Source of the DNA: an uncultured bacterium
Lineage (GTDB): Bacteria; Patescibacteriota; Minisyncoccia; Phycocordibacterales; DATDWN01
Assembly: GCA_963727715.1 (NCBI GenBank)
Contig: CAVSGX010000006.1
Coordinates: forward strand, 12,632 to 76,631
Direction: 5' to 3'
DNA length: 64,000 nt
Both the position numbers and the translations under genes were made by a program. This document shows, in pieces, positions 20,515-30,516 of this stretch (its first letter is position 1; each line of letters starts with the position of its first letter). The notes beneath the pieces are model-generated. The model did not search any database and had not been told where the DNA came from. It worked only from the letters and a program-made list of their open reading frames with translations.

Positions 20515-21120
20515 TTACAAAAATTTTTTCAGAATCTGAAAATCGTCCAGCAAAGTTTTTTTGTTGGAGCCGTTGTAAAGGGCTACGGCTGGGTGGTAAA
20601 GAGGTACGATGGTCACGGCGCCGTAGCCGGCTGTGCTATTACATTCCTTGCCGTGCATCTGGCTAATGGAAAGAAGTGGTGAATCGGAAAGCAGGCGGTT
20701 CATTATGTAGACCATAGAAAATCTGCCGAGTGTGGCGATGACTTTTGGCTCTATAATTTCAATTTGTCTGTCCAAAAACGGCGCGTACAAATCAATTTCC
20801 TCTTGTGTCGGATCGCGATTTTCTGGCGGGCGATCTTTAACCACATTGGTCACATAAACATCTTCACGTTTGAGGCCGATAGAGGCAATCATCTCGTCTA
20901 AAATTCGTCCCGATGCTCCGCAAAAAGGTCGAGCCTTTTCGGCTTCGTTTTTGCCCGGCGCTTCGCCGACAAACATTATGCTGGCATCATGATTCCCTTC
21001 CCCGACCACCGGAAAATATTTGTTCTCGGTGCGATATTTATAAAGTGGAGATTTTTTGAAAATCAAAAGCTCGTCACGAATTTCCCGCAACTTTTCTGTT
21101 TTTTCGGCATTAGTGAGCAT
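20515..21120 (-). CDS. Uracil-DNA glycosylase, family 4
   Basis: FVGEAPG, RPPENRDP, YHPA. Confidence 0.9.
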   Translation of the reverse strand: MLTNAEKTEKLREIRDELLIFKKSPLYKYRTENKYFPVVGEGNHDASIMFVGEAPGKNEAEKARPFCGASGRILDEMIASIGLKREDVYVTNVVKDRPPENRDPTQEEIDLYAPFLDRQIEIIEPKVIATLGRFSMVYIMNRLLSDSPLLSISQMHGKECNSTAGYGAVTIVPLYHPAVALYNGSNKKTLLDDFQILKKFL

Positions 21121-21122
21121 GG

Positions 21123-21569
21123 TTATCTTTTTATGTAAAATTTCCCCTGCAAATAATTTTCAATAACTTCAAAGCTTGGAAAATATCTGGGTTGTGGCAA
21201 ATTTTTCAGATCAAACCATTGCCAGTCAACAATCTCATCCGGCTCCATCACTTTGGCCTCACCTTTCCACTCGTGGGTCAAAAGCCCTACGGTCATAAAA
21301 TGGGCATGCTCGTTTTTGCAGTTGTGAACTGAAATAACCTGCGGATTTTTTATTTCAATGCCGGTTTCTTCTTTGGTTTCGCGAATGGCGCCGTCCTCCA
21401 ATGTCTCTCCCCACCCCAACTTGCCTCCGGGCAGACACCACTCTCCACTACTGCGAAAAGCCGAATCGGCCTTGTCCGGATCGGGGTGTCGCATACCCAA
21501 AAGTATTTTGCCGTCCTTTTCCAAAATAACTCCAAACCCCGCACCAACTCTCTTTTTTTCTTCTGCCAT
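21123..21569 (-). CDS. NUDIX hydrolase
   Basis: GG-x4-GE-x6-RETKEETG Nudix box; MEPD. Confidence 0.9.
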   Translation of the reverse strand: MAEEKKRVGAGFGVILEKDGKILLGMRHPDPDKADSAFRSSGEWCLPGGKLGWGETLEDGAIRETKEETGIEIKNPQVISVHNCKNEHAHFMTVGLLTHEWKGEAKVMEPDEIVDWQWFDLKNLPQPRYFPSFEVIENYLQGKFYIKR

Positions 21570-21595
21570 AAAATTATTAATTAGACGAATAATTC

Positions 21596-22210
21596 TTATT
21601 TTTCATCTCTATTAATCCACCACTTACTCCTCTGACTTTTCTTATCAAACCACCAATCATTTGAATCCATATTCACTATTTCTTTCGCCAATTTTTTGGC
21701 ATTGTCAGTCCTCAATCTTTTCAAAGCAGAAGTGATCCATTTTAAAGCTCTGGTATTTCCTGTGTCCACCTCTTCTTTCAAAGCCAAAATCCATTCCAGG
21801 TTATCGGCGTCTTTGACGATTATAGATTCTTTTGTTTTTCTCTCCTCATATTCGTTTATCAGATCAAACATTTGCTTGCCGAAAGGTATGGAGTTGGTGA
21901 TATCCTTGTTGGCCTGACTTTCTTTTCGTTCAACATATTTTTGATGAACATAATTCAAATCGGAAATACGCGTTTCGGAAATATCATGCAAGAGGCACAT
22001 TTGCAAAACTTTTGACAAATCCGCCTGACCATCCATCAAAGCCAGCATATACCCGATGTAACTGACTCTATTTATATGTTCAGCTACAGTCTGATCACCC
22101 GTGCCCAGAAAATAAAAACCGCTTCTTGGAGTTTTGGCAAGTATGCCAACTTCAAAAAGAAAATTGGCGATTTTTTCATTGTTTGTTTTGCTATTAGTTT
22201 TCTTTTTCAT
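21596..22210 (-). CDS. HD-domain 5'-deoxynucleotidase-like hydrolase
   Basis: TVAEH, LLHDISE, DAD. Confidence 0.85.
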   Translation of the reverse strand: MKKKTNSKTNNEKIANFLFEVGILAKTPRSGFYFLGTGDQTVAEHINRVSYIGYMLALMDGQADLSKVLQMCLLHDISETRISDLNYVHQKYVERKESQANKDITNSIPFGKQMFDLINEYEERKTKESIIVKDADNLEWILALKEEVDTGNTRALKWITSALKRLRTDNAKKLAKEIVNMDSNDWWFDKKSQRSKWWINRDEK

Positions 22211-22216
22211 ATTTTT

Positions 22217-23056
22217 TCATAAGGCTTTAATTTCCTCCAACACTTTTTCTTTTTCGGTTGAAGTCAAATTAATTGCATCAAGCAATTGAGGATTACTTAT
22301 CAGTGTTTTGCATAAAACGATGCCTCGGTCCAGCAATTCTTTTTTCCCACGGCCGTTTAAAGTGGAAAGACAGGTTAGCGGGTGTAATTTCTCTTCCAAA
22401 ATCAAATCATGCAGATTGCCGTTTGTTGGATAGTTCCAGCCGATCATTACCAATTCCTTGCCTTGCTGACTACCGTACTCAATGGCTGTGGAGGTGAATT
22501 TAGTGTTTGTCACAAGCCAGCCTTCGTCAATTTTTCGTCCCGGTCGACCATAGTCAAAAGTCGCGCCGGAGAGATCATCAAACCTTTCTTTGACATACAA
22601 AATAACTTTCAAATCTGTTTTGACGCCGAGTTGGTTGTGGAATTTGGCCTCAACCATTATCAGTTTTTCGGCGTTCCAAGCCACCACATCTATTTCGTGT
22701 TCAACAAGTTTGCCCCGCACTTTTTGATCGGTTAAAGTTTCAAAACCTTTCTCGCGCAAAATCTCGGCCACGAATTTTTCAAACGGGAAACCAGACGGAC
22801 CGAGTTCCATAATGGCTCGTTTCAAAGAATATTTTATTGCCACCGGTTGTTCGGCGCGGTTGAGCATCTCAAAAGCCCGATGATATATGTCGTGGGTGCT
22901 CATGCCATCAACCATCAAGTCTCTGATGTCGTCTAGAATGAGTTCCACTGATCTGCTACTGGCCCCGGCCCGCTTAAGGGATCCTTTCAGCTTGCTACTG
23001 TCGAAAACTTCCCGACTGCCGTCGGCTTTTGTGATATAGATTGGTTCAGCGTTCAT
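22217..23056 (-). CDS. ATP-cone + PD-(D/E)xK (Mrr-like) nuclease domain protein
   Basis: ITKADGSREVFDSSKL cone; GFPFEKFV, HEIDV, VEAKFH; start ATG 23056. Confidence 0.8.
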   Translation of the reverse strand: MNAEPIYITKADGSREVFDSSKLKGSLKRAGASSRSVELILDDIRDLMVDGMSTHDIYHRAFEMLNRAEQPVAIKYSLKRAIMELGPSGFPFEKFVAEILREKGFETLTDQKVRGKLVEHEIDVVAWNAEKLIMVEAKFHNQLGVKTDLKVILYVKERFDDLSGATFDYGRPGRKIDEGWLVTNTKFTSTAIEYGSQQGKELVMIGWNYPTNGNLHDLILEEKLHPLTCLSTLNGRGKKELLDRGIVLCKTLISNPQLLDAINLTSTEKEKVLEEIKAL

Positions 23057-23063
23057 ATCGATA

Positions 23064-24275
23064 TTATTGCACAACATTAATAATGCCGCCACCGAGGCAG
23101 ATATCGTTGTCATACAAAACAGCCGACTGGCCAAGAGCCACGCCGTTTTGTGGTTCGGTGAAAGTAATGTGCCAACCGTTGGATTTTTTGGTCACTGAGC
23201 ATTTTTGCTTTTCTTGGCGATAGCGGATGCGAATCGAGCAATCAAAATTTTCTTTTTCTTTTCCGGAAACAAAATGCAAATCTTTGACAACAATTTCTTT
23301 TGTTGAATAAACCGCGCCACTTTCCGTTTTTTTGTCGGCCACAATGATTGTATTTTTTTCTAAATCTTTAGTCACAACAAAAAGTCGCGAGTCGTTCGGA
23401 GATTTCTTGGTGATGGTAAAACCATGCCTCTCCCCGATAGTGTAAAAAATCGCGCCGTTGTGCCAGCCGATTTTTTCTCCGCGCGTGTTTAACACATCTC
23501 CTTTTTTCGTTTCAATGTAATGCGACAAAAATTCTTTCAAATCCACCTTGCCTAGAAAACAAATTCCCTGACTGTCTTTTTTCGTGGCTGTCGGCAACCT
23601 GAACTTTTCGGCCAGCTTGCGCACTTCCGGTTTTGTCAGATGCCCAATCGGGAAAAGAGTATGTGAAAGTTGTTTCTGATCAAGCGTGTACAAAAAATAG
23701 GACTGATCCTTGTTTTCGTCTGTTCCTTCATGCAGTTCAAACAATTTAGATTTCTTTCTCGGAAAATCTTTTGCAGAGCACGCGTCAAAAATCTGCTGAT
23801 TTTTGCGCTCTCTCTCGCCTGCCCGGCTCCGAGAGGTTTCCAAAAATAATTTCTCTTCGCCAAAATTTGAAATTTTTTCAACTCGCGAGTAATGTCCAGT
23901 GGCCACAAAATCTGCGCCAAGCCCGAGAGCTTTTTTTAGAAAAACGCCGAATTTGACATATTTGTTACAAAAAACATCAGGATTTGGCGTCCGGCCGGCG
24001 CGATACTCGGCAATCATATAGTCGGCCACTTCTTTTTTGTATTCTTTCTCACAATCCATCGTTAAAAATGGTACACCGAGCGTGGCACAAACTCGCATAG
24101 CGCTTTGTCTCTCCTCTTTCCAATCGCAAGACAAAAAATCCGGATACCAAACTTTCAAAAACACACCAATCACATCATAACCTTGTTCTTTGAGTAGCGC
24201 CAAAGCCACAGACGAATCCACTCCGCCCGAAACTCCAACAAAAACTTTGGTTTTGCTGTTATCTTGACTTTTCAT
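23064..24275 (-). CDS. mnmA: tRNA 2-thiouridylase with in-frame internal insertion
   Basis: SGGVDS, TPNPDVFCN, ATGHY, KDQSYFL, DSQGICF, GQSAVLY. Confidence 0.95.
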   Translation of the reverse strand: MKSQDNSKTKVFVGVSGGVDSSVALALLKEQGYDVIGVFLKVWYPDFLSCDWKEERQSAMRVCATLGVPFLTMDCEKEYKKEVADYMIAEYRAGRTPNPDVFCNKYVKFGVFLKKALGLGADFVATGHYSRVEKISNFGEEKLFLETSRSRAGERERKNQQIFDACSAKDFPRKKSKLFELHEGTDENKDQSYFLYTLDQKQLSHTLFPIGHLTKPEVRKLAEKFRLPTATKKDSQGICFLGKVDLKEFLSHYIETKKGDVLNTRGEKIGWHNGAIFYTIGERHGFTITKKSPNDSRLFVVTKDLEKNTIIVADKKTESGAVYSTKEIVVKDLHFVSGKEKENFDCSIRIRYRQEKQKCSVTKKSNGWHITFTEPQNGVALGQSAVLYDNDICLGGGIINVVQ

Positions 24276-24355
24276 TTTGATTATGATATCAAATACACGG
24301 GAGAAAAACAATAATTTCTCTAAGTTCCCATAATCGTTTTAAGCTATTTGTATTG

Positions 24356-24484
24356 ATGGCGGTCATTTCATCTGGTTTTGCTTTCGCAAAAAATTGGCTT
24401 GCTGGATTTGTTATCTTTTTTGGCTGGTTAGCCATTTACTTTCTAGCCAGCACGATGATGAAAGATCTCTTAGACAAAGATTGA
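24356..24484 (+). CDS. Putative small membrane protein (42 aa)
   Basis: Hydrophobic ORF MAVISSGFAFAKNWLAGFVIFFGWLAIYFLASTMMKDLLDKD followed by hairpin+T-run; true start uncertain. Confidence 0.4.
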   Translation: MAVISSGFAFAKNWLAGFVIFFGWLAIYFLASTMMKDLLDKD

Positions 24485-24552
24485 ATAAACCACGGCGACC
24501 GGGAAATCTCGGCTGCTTTTGTTTTTTTTCACCACATCCAGTCTGTTGAAAA

Positions 24553-25554
24553 CTATTTCAAATACTTGGCGATATTTTTTTGATGCTCGGCGAAAGTCGT
24601 AGCGTAGTGCATCTGTCCATCCTTGCCGGTCAAGTAGTAAAAATATGGCGTTTCTGTCGGCATGACAGCGGCGGTCAGTGAGTCAAGTCCGGGGTTGTCG
24701 ATTGGTTTTGGTGGCAGGCCGGTGTGCAAATATGTATTGTATGGCGAGTTGATTTTCAAATCGCTAGACGAGAGTTTGTCCAGACTTTTGCCAGTGATGT
24801 AAGAAATAGTGGAATCAACTTGTAGAGGCATACCTAGTGTCAGACGTTTCCACAAAATGCCAGCCACGATTTGTCTGTCTCTCGTATTGGTGGCTTCGTC
24901 TTCAAGCATTGAGGCCATAATGACGACTTGAAAAATGGGTTTGTCTGAATTTTTAATCTGTGGAACGGAATTTATTTTTTGCTGAAAATTATTTTCCATT
25001 TTTCCCATAAGCAATTCCGGGGTTATGTTCGGCGAAACAAAATACGTGTCCGGGAAAAGATAACCTTCGGACGAACTGGCCAAATTTTGAAACTTCACTC
25101 CGTCAAAATTCGGCAACCGGCTCGGCAAATAACTGGTTATTTGTTTTACACTCCAACCTTCCGGAATGGTGATTTTGGTCAGTTCTATATCCGTTTTGCC
25201 GAAAGCGAAACGATAAGCCAAAGTCAAAGTGTTTTCCGGTTTTTTCAAAAGATAATCTCCGGCCACCACTTTTTTCTCGCTACCGAGCAATATGACCGCG
25301 CTGCGAAAAATAAAAGCCGAACGAATAATGTGTACTGTTTTCAATTCATTTGTTATTTGTTCTAGGGATTCGCCCTGACTTACATTTATAACTTTGCCTG
25401 CTGGAAAGTCTGGTCTTGGGCTGATTGAAAAACAAAACAAAAATATCAAAATGAAAATAATCAAAACAACCAACCAATTTCTTTTTTCAGAAAAACAAGC
25501 CTGAATTTTTTCAGGCCAAGTTTTTGAAACGGATGTAATCTGATCTTTGTCCAT
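24553..25554 (-). CDS. mltG: Endolytic transglycosylase
   Basis: TIPEG, EGYLFPDTY, ASMLEDE, SPYNTY, GLPPKPI. Confidence 0.93.
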   Translation of the reverse strand: MDKDQITSVSKTWPEKIQACFSEKRNWLVVLIIFILIFLFCFSISPRPDFPAGKVINVSQGESLEQITNELKTVHIIRSAFIFRSAVILLGSEKKVVAGDYLLKKPENTLTLAYRFAFGKTDIELTKITIPEGWSVKQITSYLPSRLPNFDGVKFQNLASSSEGYLFPDTYFVSPNITPELLMGKMENNFQQKINSVPQIKNSDKPIFQVVIMASMLEDEATNTRDRQIVAGILWKRLTLGMPLQVDSTISYITGKSLDKLSSSDLKINSPYNTYLHTGLPPKPIDNPGLDSLTAAVMPTETPYFYYLTGKDGQMHYATTFAEHQKNIAKYLK

Positions 25555-25563
25555 AATTTAAAA

Positions 25564-26814
25564 TTATACAGGAAGATTGGATGGAGCTTCGGATTTCTTG
25601 GAACCAATGCGGGTAAAGGCCGGCGTGGTGGAAACACCGCCTGGGAAGTGATAAATAGTGGCCAGCTCCTCGGTGTTCAGAACAAAACACGGCTTCTTGA
25701 ACGGAGCGTAAAAATAAGCTCGATGCTTGTAAGCGTCCAAAAGTCTTTTTTTCTCCCTGATAATTTTTTTCTCCGGTCTTTCTTTCCACAAAAGAAAAGT
25801 ATTGGTGTAATTGGACTCTACCCCGCGAGCCGGTTTGAAACCGTTCAGGTTGTTGGAATTATAATTGCGAAATCCACCAGTAATGCCACCTTGATTGGCC
25901 TTGTTGAAAATATCTTTCGGAGCGACATAAATAGCGCGGATACCTACATCAAAACCAAGCTTGGAAACGCTTCTCTCCAAAGCGGCAATGACTTCTGCCT
26001 CGCCTTTTGTCGGCGGCCGACCCGGCAAAGTTTTTCCCTCCTTGTCTTTTTCTCCTTTCGTTTTTTCCAATATTTTTTTCACTTCCTCTTTTGCCCCCTC
26101 GGCCCATTTTTTATCAAGTGGCTTGCCTGTCTCTGGGTCTTTACTCTCGGCTTTGTGGGCTCGGATAATAATTTGCACCCAGATTTGATGTTCTCGCCCA
26201 ATGCCTCCCAAAAATTCTATGAGAGGAGTCATCGGATCAATCTTAAACTCTTCTTTTGGATCTTCATCCATACCGTAATCAACATAAGTTTTTATAGGAT
26301 AAGCGTCAGGTTTGGTCAAATCAAATTCCGTAGCCCACATTGAATTTTTCTCCGGGTCATAGGAAACAGGTAGTGTGTAGTCAGTCGCTTCATAGATTTC
26401 GATGCCCGGAAATTGTGAATATAGATTAGCTTCGATAACATTTCTCATCCCAGCTCGTGTCCAAATGAAAAAATGAATGGCCCCGTCAATAGCGACTAAT
26501 TCCAGAGAAAACCACGGACGGACTTGGCCTTTCCAATAAACATCGTGCCAATTCCCTTCACCGCCGGTCTGGTACAAACCATTTAGAAAGATTTCCATTG
26601 ACAATGGCGATTTGAACATTTCACGCGGTACTTTTACTTCCAACAGGACATAGGTTTGTTTGGCGAAAAACTGCGCTCGGCGATAATTGATCCACAAATC
26701 CCACAGTACAAATAAAAGTAAAATAGGCAACCACACAAAAGAGGTGTGATAAAAAATGTTAAAAACAGAAACTATTTGACCGCTCATTAAAAAACCACCA
26801 AATAGATTTGTCAT
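25564..26814 (-). CDS. Conserved membrane-anchored hypothetical protein
   Basis: N-terminal TM; FSLELV, YPIKTY, LNTEELATIYHFP, APSNLP motifs. Confidence 0.65.
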   Translation of the reverse strand: MTNLFGGFLMSGQIVSVFNIFYHTSFVWLPILLLFVLWDLWINYRRAQFFAKQTYVLLEVKVPREMFKSPLSMEIFLNGLYQTGGEGNWHDVYWKGQVRPWFSLELVAIDGAIHFFIWTRAGMRNVIEANLYSQFPGIEIYEATDYTLPVSYDPEKNSMWATEFDLTKPDAYPIKTYVDYGMDEDPKEEFKIDPMTPLIEFLGGIGREHQIWVQIIIRAHKAESKDPETGKPLDKKWAEGAKEEVKKILEKTKGEKDKEGKTLPGRPPTKGEAEVIAALERSVSKLGFDVGIRAIYVAPKDIFNKANQGGITGGFRNYNSNNLNGFKPARGVESNYTNTFLLWKERPEKKIIREKKRLLDAYKHRAYFYAPFKKPCFVLNTEELATIYHFPGGVSTTPAFTRIGSKKSEAPSNLPV

Positions 26815-26829
26815 ACATTTAATTTTACA

Positions 26830-27510
26830 TCAACCAAGCGAAATCATCAAATTTTCCAGAATCATTTTAATAGGCGCTCCACGGTCATGAAGACTCTCTC
26901 GGGTTTTCTGACAAAGGGCCAAATTGTCAGCTTCTTTTTCCATTCCGTTTTGATAAAGCTCGCTCTCTATTTGGTTGACCAAATCCACAGCATCCTGTTT
27001 GGTTTTTTCTTCATCTAAAATTTCTTCGGTCATTTTTTTTACTATTCCAAGTTTTTCAGCAATCGGCTTGGCCAAGATATTTTCCGAATTTTTGGTTTTT
27101 TGATTTTCCGACTTTATGACTTGCACTCTTGATCTTAAAGTCGTAAGCAATGTATCTTGTGGCATCAAAATAAAAAAATGGGTTTTATCTGTCGGTTCCT
27201 CAAAAATTTTGAGCAAAGCATTTTGGGCCTCCTCTGTCACGATGTTCGTTTCAATTAAAAAGAATTTTCTTTTGCCGGCGAAACTTTTTCGACTGGCGTC
27301 TTGAGCGATTTTTCTGGCAAAATCGATCGTCAATGTATCGCAAAAAATATTCTGGACATCCGGATTTCCGGAAATAATTAAATCGCATTTTTCAGTCAAA
27401 AAATTTCCTACACTTTTTCTAGTTGCTTCTTTTTCTCCCACCACCAAATAAGCGTGATGCAAATTTTCAGCTGAAATGTTTTCGAATGGGTTCATTTTAT
27501 CTTTTGGCAA
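26830..27510 (-). CDS. holB: DNA polymerase III delta-prime-like subunit
   Basis: HHAYL, EAQNALLKIFEEP, TLRSR. Confidence 0.85.
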   Translation of the reverse strand: MPKDKMNPFENISAENLHHAYLVVGEKEATRKSVGNFLTEKCDLIISGNPDVQNIFCDTLTIDFARKIAQDASRKSFAGKRKFFLIETNIVTEEAQNALLKIFEEPTDKTHFFILMPQDTLLTTLRSRVQVIKSENQKTKNSENILAKPIAEKLGIVKKMTEEILDEEKTKQDAVDLVNQIESELYQNGMEKEADNLALCQKTRESLHDRGAPIKMILENLMISLG

Positions 27511-28510
27511 TAATGGATTTTTTGTATGTATTTAAGTGTTCCAATGCGATGCCAGTGCCATTGGCCACGCAGTACAGCGGATCTTTGGCCATGACAGCTT
27601 TGACCCCGATGCGACGAAAAACCAGCTCGGGGAAATTGCGCAACTGCGATGTGCCACCGGTCATAATAATGCCACGGTCAATAATGTCGGCCGAGAGTTC
27701 CGGCGGAGTGTCTTGCAAAACATCTTTGATGGCCGAAATCATTTCGCGCAAATCTTTGGAAATGGCTTTGACAATTTCGTTTGTTTTGATTTCAACCGAG
27801 CGTGGCAAGCCACTCACGAAATCCCGCCCCTTGATGGTGACAGAAAGTTCTTCATCCAAGGGAATGGCCGAGCCAATCTGGATTTTGATATCTTCAGCTG
27901 TTTTATCTCCAATGCCGAGGTTGAAAGATTTTTTGATGTAATCGGCAATAGCCGAGTCTATTTTATTTCCAGCGCATTTGACCGAAGTTGAAGCTACGAT
28001 ACCGCCGAGAGAAATAACCGCCACGTCCGTTGTGCCTCCGCCGATATCCACGATCATATGTCCCATCGCCTCGTTGATCGGAATGCCTGCGCCGATGGCC
28101 GCCAGAATCGGTTCCTTGACCACATAAGCGTTCTTGGCTCCGGCTTTAATGGCCGCTTCAATAACCGCGCGGCGCTCGGTGGATGTCACGCCGGCCGGCA
28201 CGGAAAGCAAAACCTCCGGCCTGACAAAATTCCATTTGCCGAGAGCCTTATCAATATAATATCGCAACATCGCTTCAGTCACGCGATAGTCGGCGATGAC
28301 ACCGTCTTTCATCGGTCGGTAAGCGACAATGCTCTCTGGGGTGCGGCCGATCATCTGTTTGGCTTCAAGACCAATGGCCATAATGCGATTATCTTCCTCG
28401 GAGACGGCCACAACAGACGGTTCGTTCAGCACAATTCCCTTTCCCGGCACAAAAACCAAGGTGTTAGCCGTGCCTAAATCAATTCCGAGTTTTTTAGAGA
28501 AGAATGACAT
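27497..28510 (-). CDS. mreB: Rod shape-determining protein
   Basis: GIDLGTANT, NEPSVVA, DIGGGTTD. Confidence 0.96.
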   Translation of the reverse strand: MSFFSKKLGIDLGTANTLVFVPGKGIVLNEPSVVAVSEEDNRIMAIGLEAKQMIGRTPESIVAYRPMKDGVIADYRVTEAMLRYYIDKALGKWNFVRPEVLLSVPAGVTSTERRAVIEAAIKAGAKNAYVVKEPILAAIGAGIPINEAMGHMIVDIGGGTTDVAVISLGGIVASTSVKCAGNKIDSAIADYIKKSFNLGIGDKTAEDIKIQIGSAIPLDEELSVTIKGRDFVSGLPRSVEIKTNEIVKAISKDLREMISAIKDVLQDTPPELSADIIDRGIIMTGGTSQLRNFPELVFRRIGVKAVMAKDPLYCVANGTGIALEHLNTYKKSIIAKR

Positions 28511-28587
28511 GGAGATACAATAGCACAAAGAATTTCTAATTTCTAATCACTAATTTCTAAACAATTTCCTCATGTTATAATACCCCC

Positions 28588-30504
28588 ATGTTTATCATCA
28601 CCATCATCCCCATCTCCCGAGGTATTGGCAAGGACACGCTCTCCTATTTCACGGCCGAAAAAATCGCGCCGGGCTCGCTTGTTTCTGTGCCGATTCGCGG
28701 TAAAAAATCGTACGGACTCGTCGTCGAAATCAGGGAGGCGCGCGAAGCCAAAACCGAGCTGAAAAATTTGCCGTATGCTATGAAAAAAATTGAAAAAGTG
28801 GAACAACATTTTTTTCTGCAGAATTCTTTTATTGAATCCGCGCAAGCTATGGCCGACTATTATGCCACGACAGTCGGCAGTGTGCTCTCGCAACTTGTGC
28901 CCAAAGCCATCTTGGAATCAAATGTTTCGTTGACCGGTAAAATAAAAGATCTAGTGGAACCCGAAACAGAACATCAAATTCATCATCGTGAGATCCTGCT
29001 TGTCCAATCAGCCGATGAAGAGCGCTACGGCGCGTACAAAAGTGTCATTCGCGAGGAGTTTGCCCGTGGCAAAAGTCTTTTTTTCTGCTTGCCGACCATT
29101 GAAGATATAAAAAATCTTGGCCAGACTTTGCAGAAAGGCATTGAGAATTACACTTTTGTTTTGCATAGTCGGCTCTCCAAAAAAGAAATCATTAATGTTT
29201 GGCAAAAAATTCTGGCCGAAAAACATCCTGTGCTCATCATCGCCACGGGCTCGTTTTTATCTCTACCTAGAGTCGACATTGGCACGGTTATTGTTGAAAA
29301 AGAAAGTTCGCGGGTTTACAAAATGCAAACTCGGCCGTTTTTAGATATTCGGACAGTGGCCGAAATCATAACCAAGAAATCTGGAGTCCGTCTTATTTTT
29401 GGAGATCTGTTTTTGCAGGTTGAAACGATTTGGCGACAAAAAAATGGTGACTGCAGCGAATTATCCCCTCTTTCTTTTCGTCTGCTTTCAACTTCCGATT
29501 GTGTCAAAGTTGATATGCGCCAGCCGGCTGATATGAGAAGGAAAGAATTTAAAATTATAGACGACAAAACCAAAGAGACTTTGCTTGTGGCCAGAGAAAA
29601 TTCGGAGCGGACATTTATTTTTTGCAGTCGCAAAGGTCTTTTCCCCCAGACCGTTTGCGCCGATTGCGGGACTACGGTAGTCTGCAAAAACTGTGGCGCG
29701 CCTGTTGTTTTGTATAAAAAAAAGCTTGGTAATGTTTTAAAAAATCTTTTTGTTTGTCATCATTGCGGAGAAAGAAGCGAGGCTGATGTTTTGTGTCAAA
29801 AGTGTCACGGCTGGAGACTTTTGACTCTCGGCATCGGTATCCAAAATGTGGCCGAAGAGGTTAAAAAAATTCTACCAAAATCTGAAATTTTTGTGATGGA
29901 TTCCGACAGCGCGACCACTTACAAAAGAGCAGTCAAGATTGGCGATGATTTTTTCAAAACTCCCGGCGCGGTTCTCTTGGGTACCGAGATGGCTCTGCCA
30001 TTTTTAAATCAAAGCGTGGAAAACAGCATCGCTTCTTCTCTTGATTCATTTTTTTCCATTCCAGATTTTAAAATCAATGAAAAAGTTTTTCACATTCTTC
30101 TTCAGATGCGCGTTGCCACAAGCAAAAAAATGTTGGTCCAAACTCGTCAACCGGAAATTTCTCTTTTTGATCAAGCTCTCTCCGGCAATCTGATAGATTT
30201 TTATCGCGACGAAGTGAAAGAACGCAAAAATCTGAATTACCCACCATTTGTCAGATTTATAAAATTGACCATTCAAGGAAACAAACCGGCAATCAAAGAA
30301 CAAATGGGAAAAATCAAAGATTCTTTGAGACCATTTGAACTTTCCATTTTTGAAGCCTTTAACTCCGGTTCTGAAAAAAAATCAACCATACACGGTCTTC
30401 TATCTATCTTGCCGACAGATTGGCCGAATGAAAACCTTTTGGAAAAATTACGCGCGCTTCCGCAATTTGTTCAGATTAAAATAGACCCAGACACACTTTT
30501 ATGA
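28588..30504 (+). CDS. priA: Primosomal protein N' with degenerate helicase motifs
   Basis: N-terminal 3' binding domain, four CxxC motifs, YPPF; Walker A/B not recognisable. Confidence 0.85.
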   Translation: MFIITIIPISRGIGKDTLSYFTAEKIAPGSLVSVPIRGKKSYGLVVEIREAREAKTELKNLPYAMKKIEKVEQHFFLQNSFIESAQAMADYYATTVGSVLSQLVPKAILESNVSLTGKIKDLVEPETEHQIHHREILLVQSADEERYGAYKSVIREEFARGKSLFFCLPTIEDIKNLGQTLQKGIENYTFVLHSRLSKKEIINVWQKILAEKHPVLIIATGSFLSLPRVDIGTVIVEKESSRVYKMQTRPFLDIRTVAEIITKKSGVRLIFGDLFLQVETIWRQKNGDCSELSPLSFRLLSTSDCVKVDMRQPADMRRKEFKIIDDKTKETLLVARENSERTFIFCSRKGLFPQTVCADCGTTVVCKNCGAPVVLYKKKLGNVLKNLFVCHHCGERSEADVLCQKCHGWRLLTLGIGIQNVAEEVKKILPKSEIFVMDSDSATTYKRAVKIGDDFFKTPGAVLLGTEMALPFLNQSVENSIASSLDSFFSIPDFKINEKVFHILLQMRVATSKKMLVQTRQPEISLFDQALSGNLIDFYRDEVKERKNLNYPPFVRFIKLTIQGNKPAIKEQMGKIKDSLRPFELSIFEAFNSGSEKKSTIHGLLSILPTDWPNENLLEKLRALPQFVQIKIDPDTLL

Positions 30505-30516
30505 TAAAGTGAAGTT

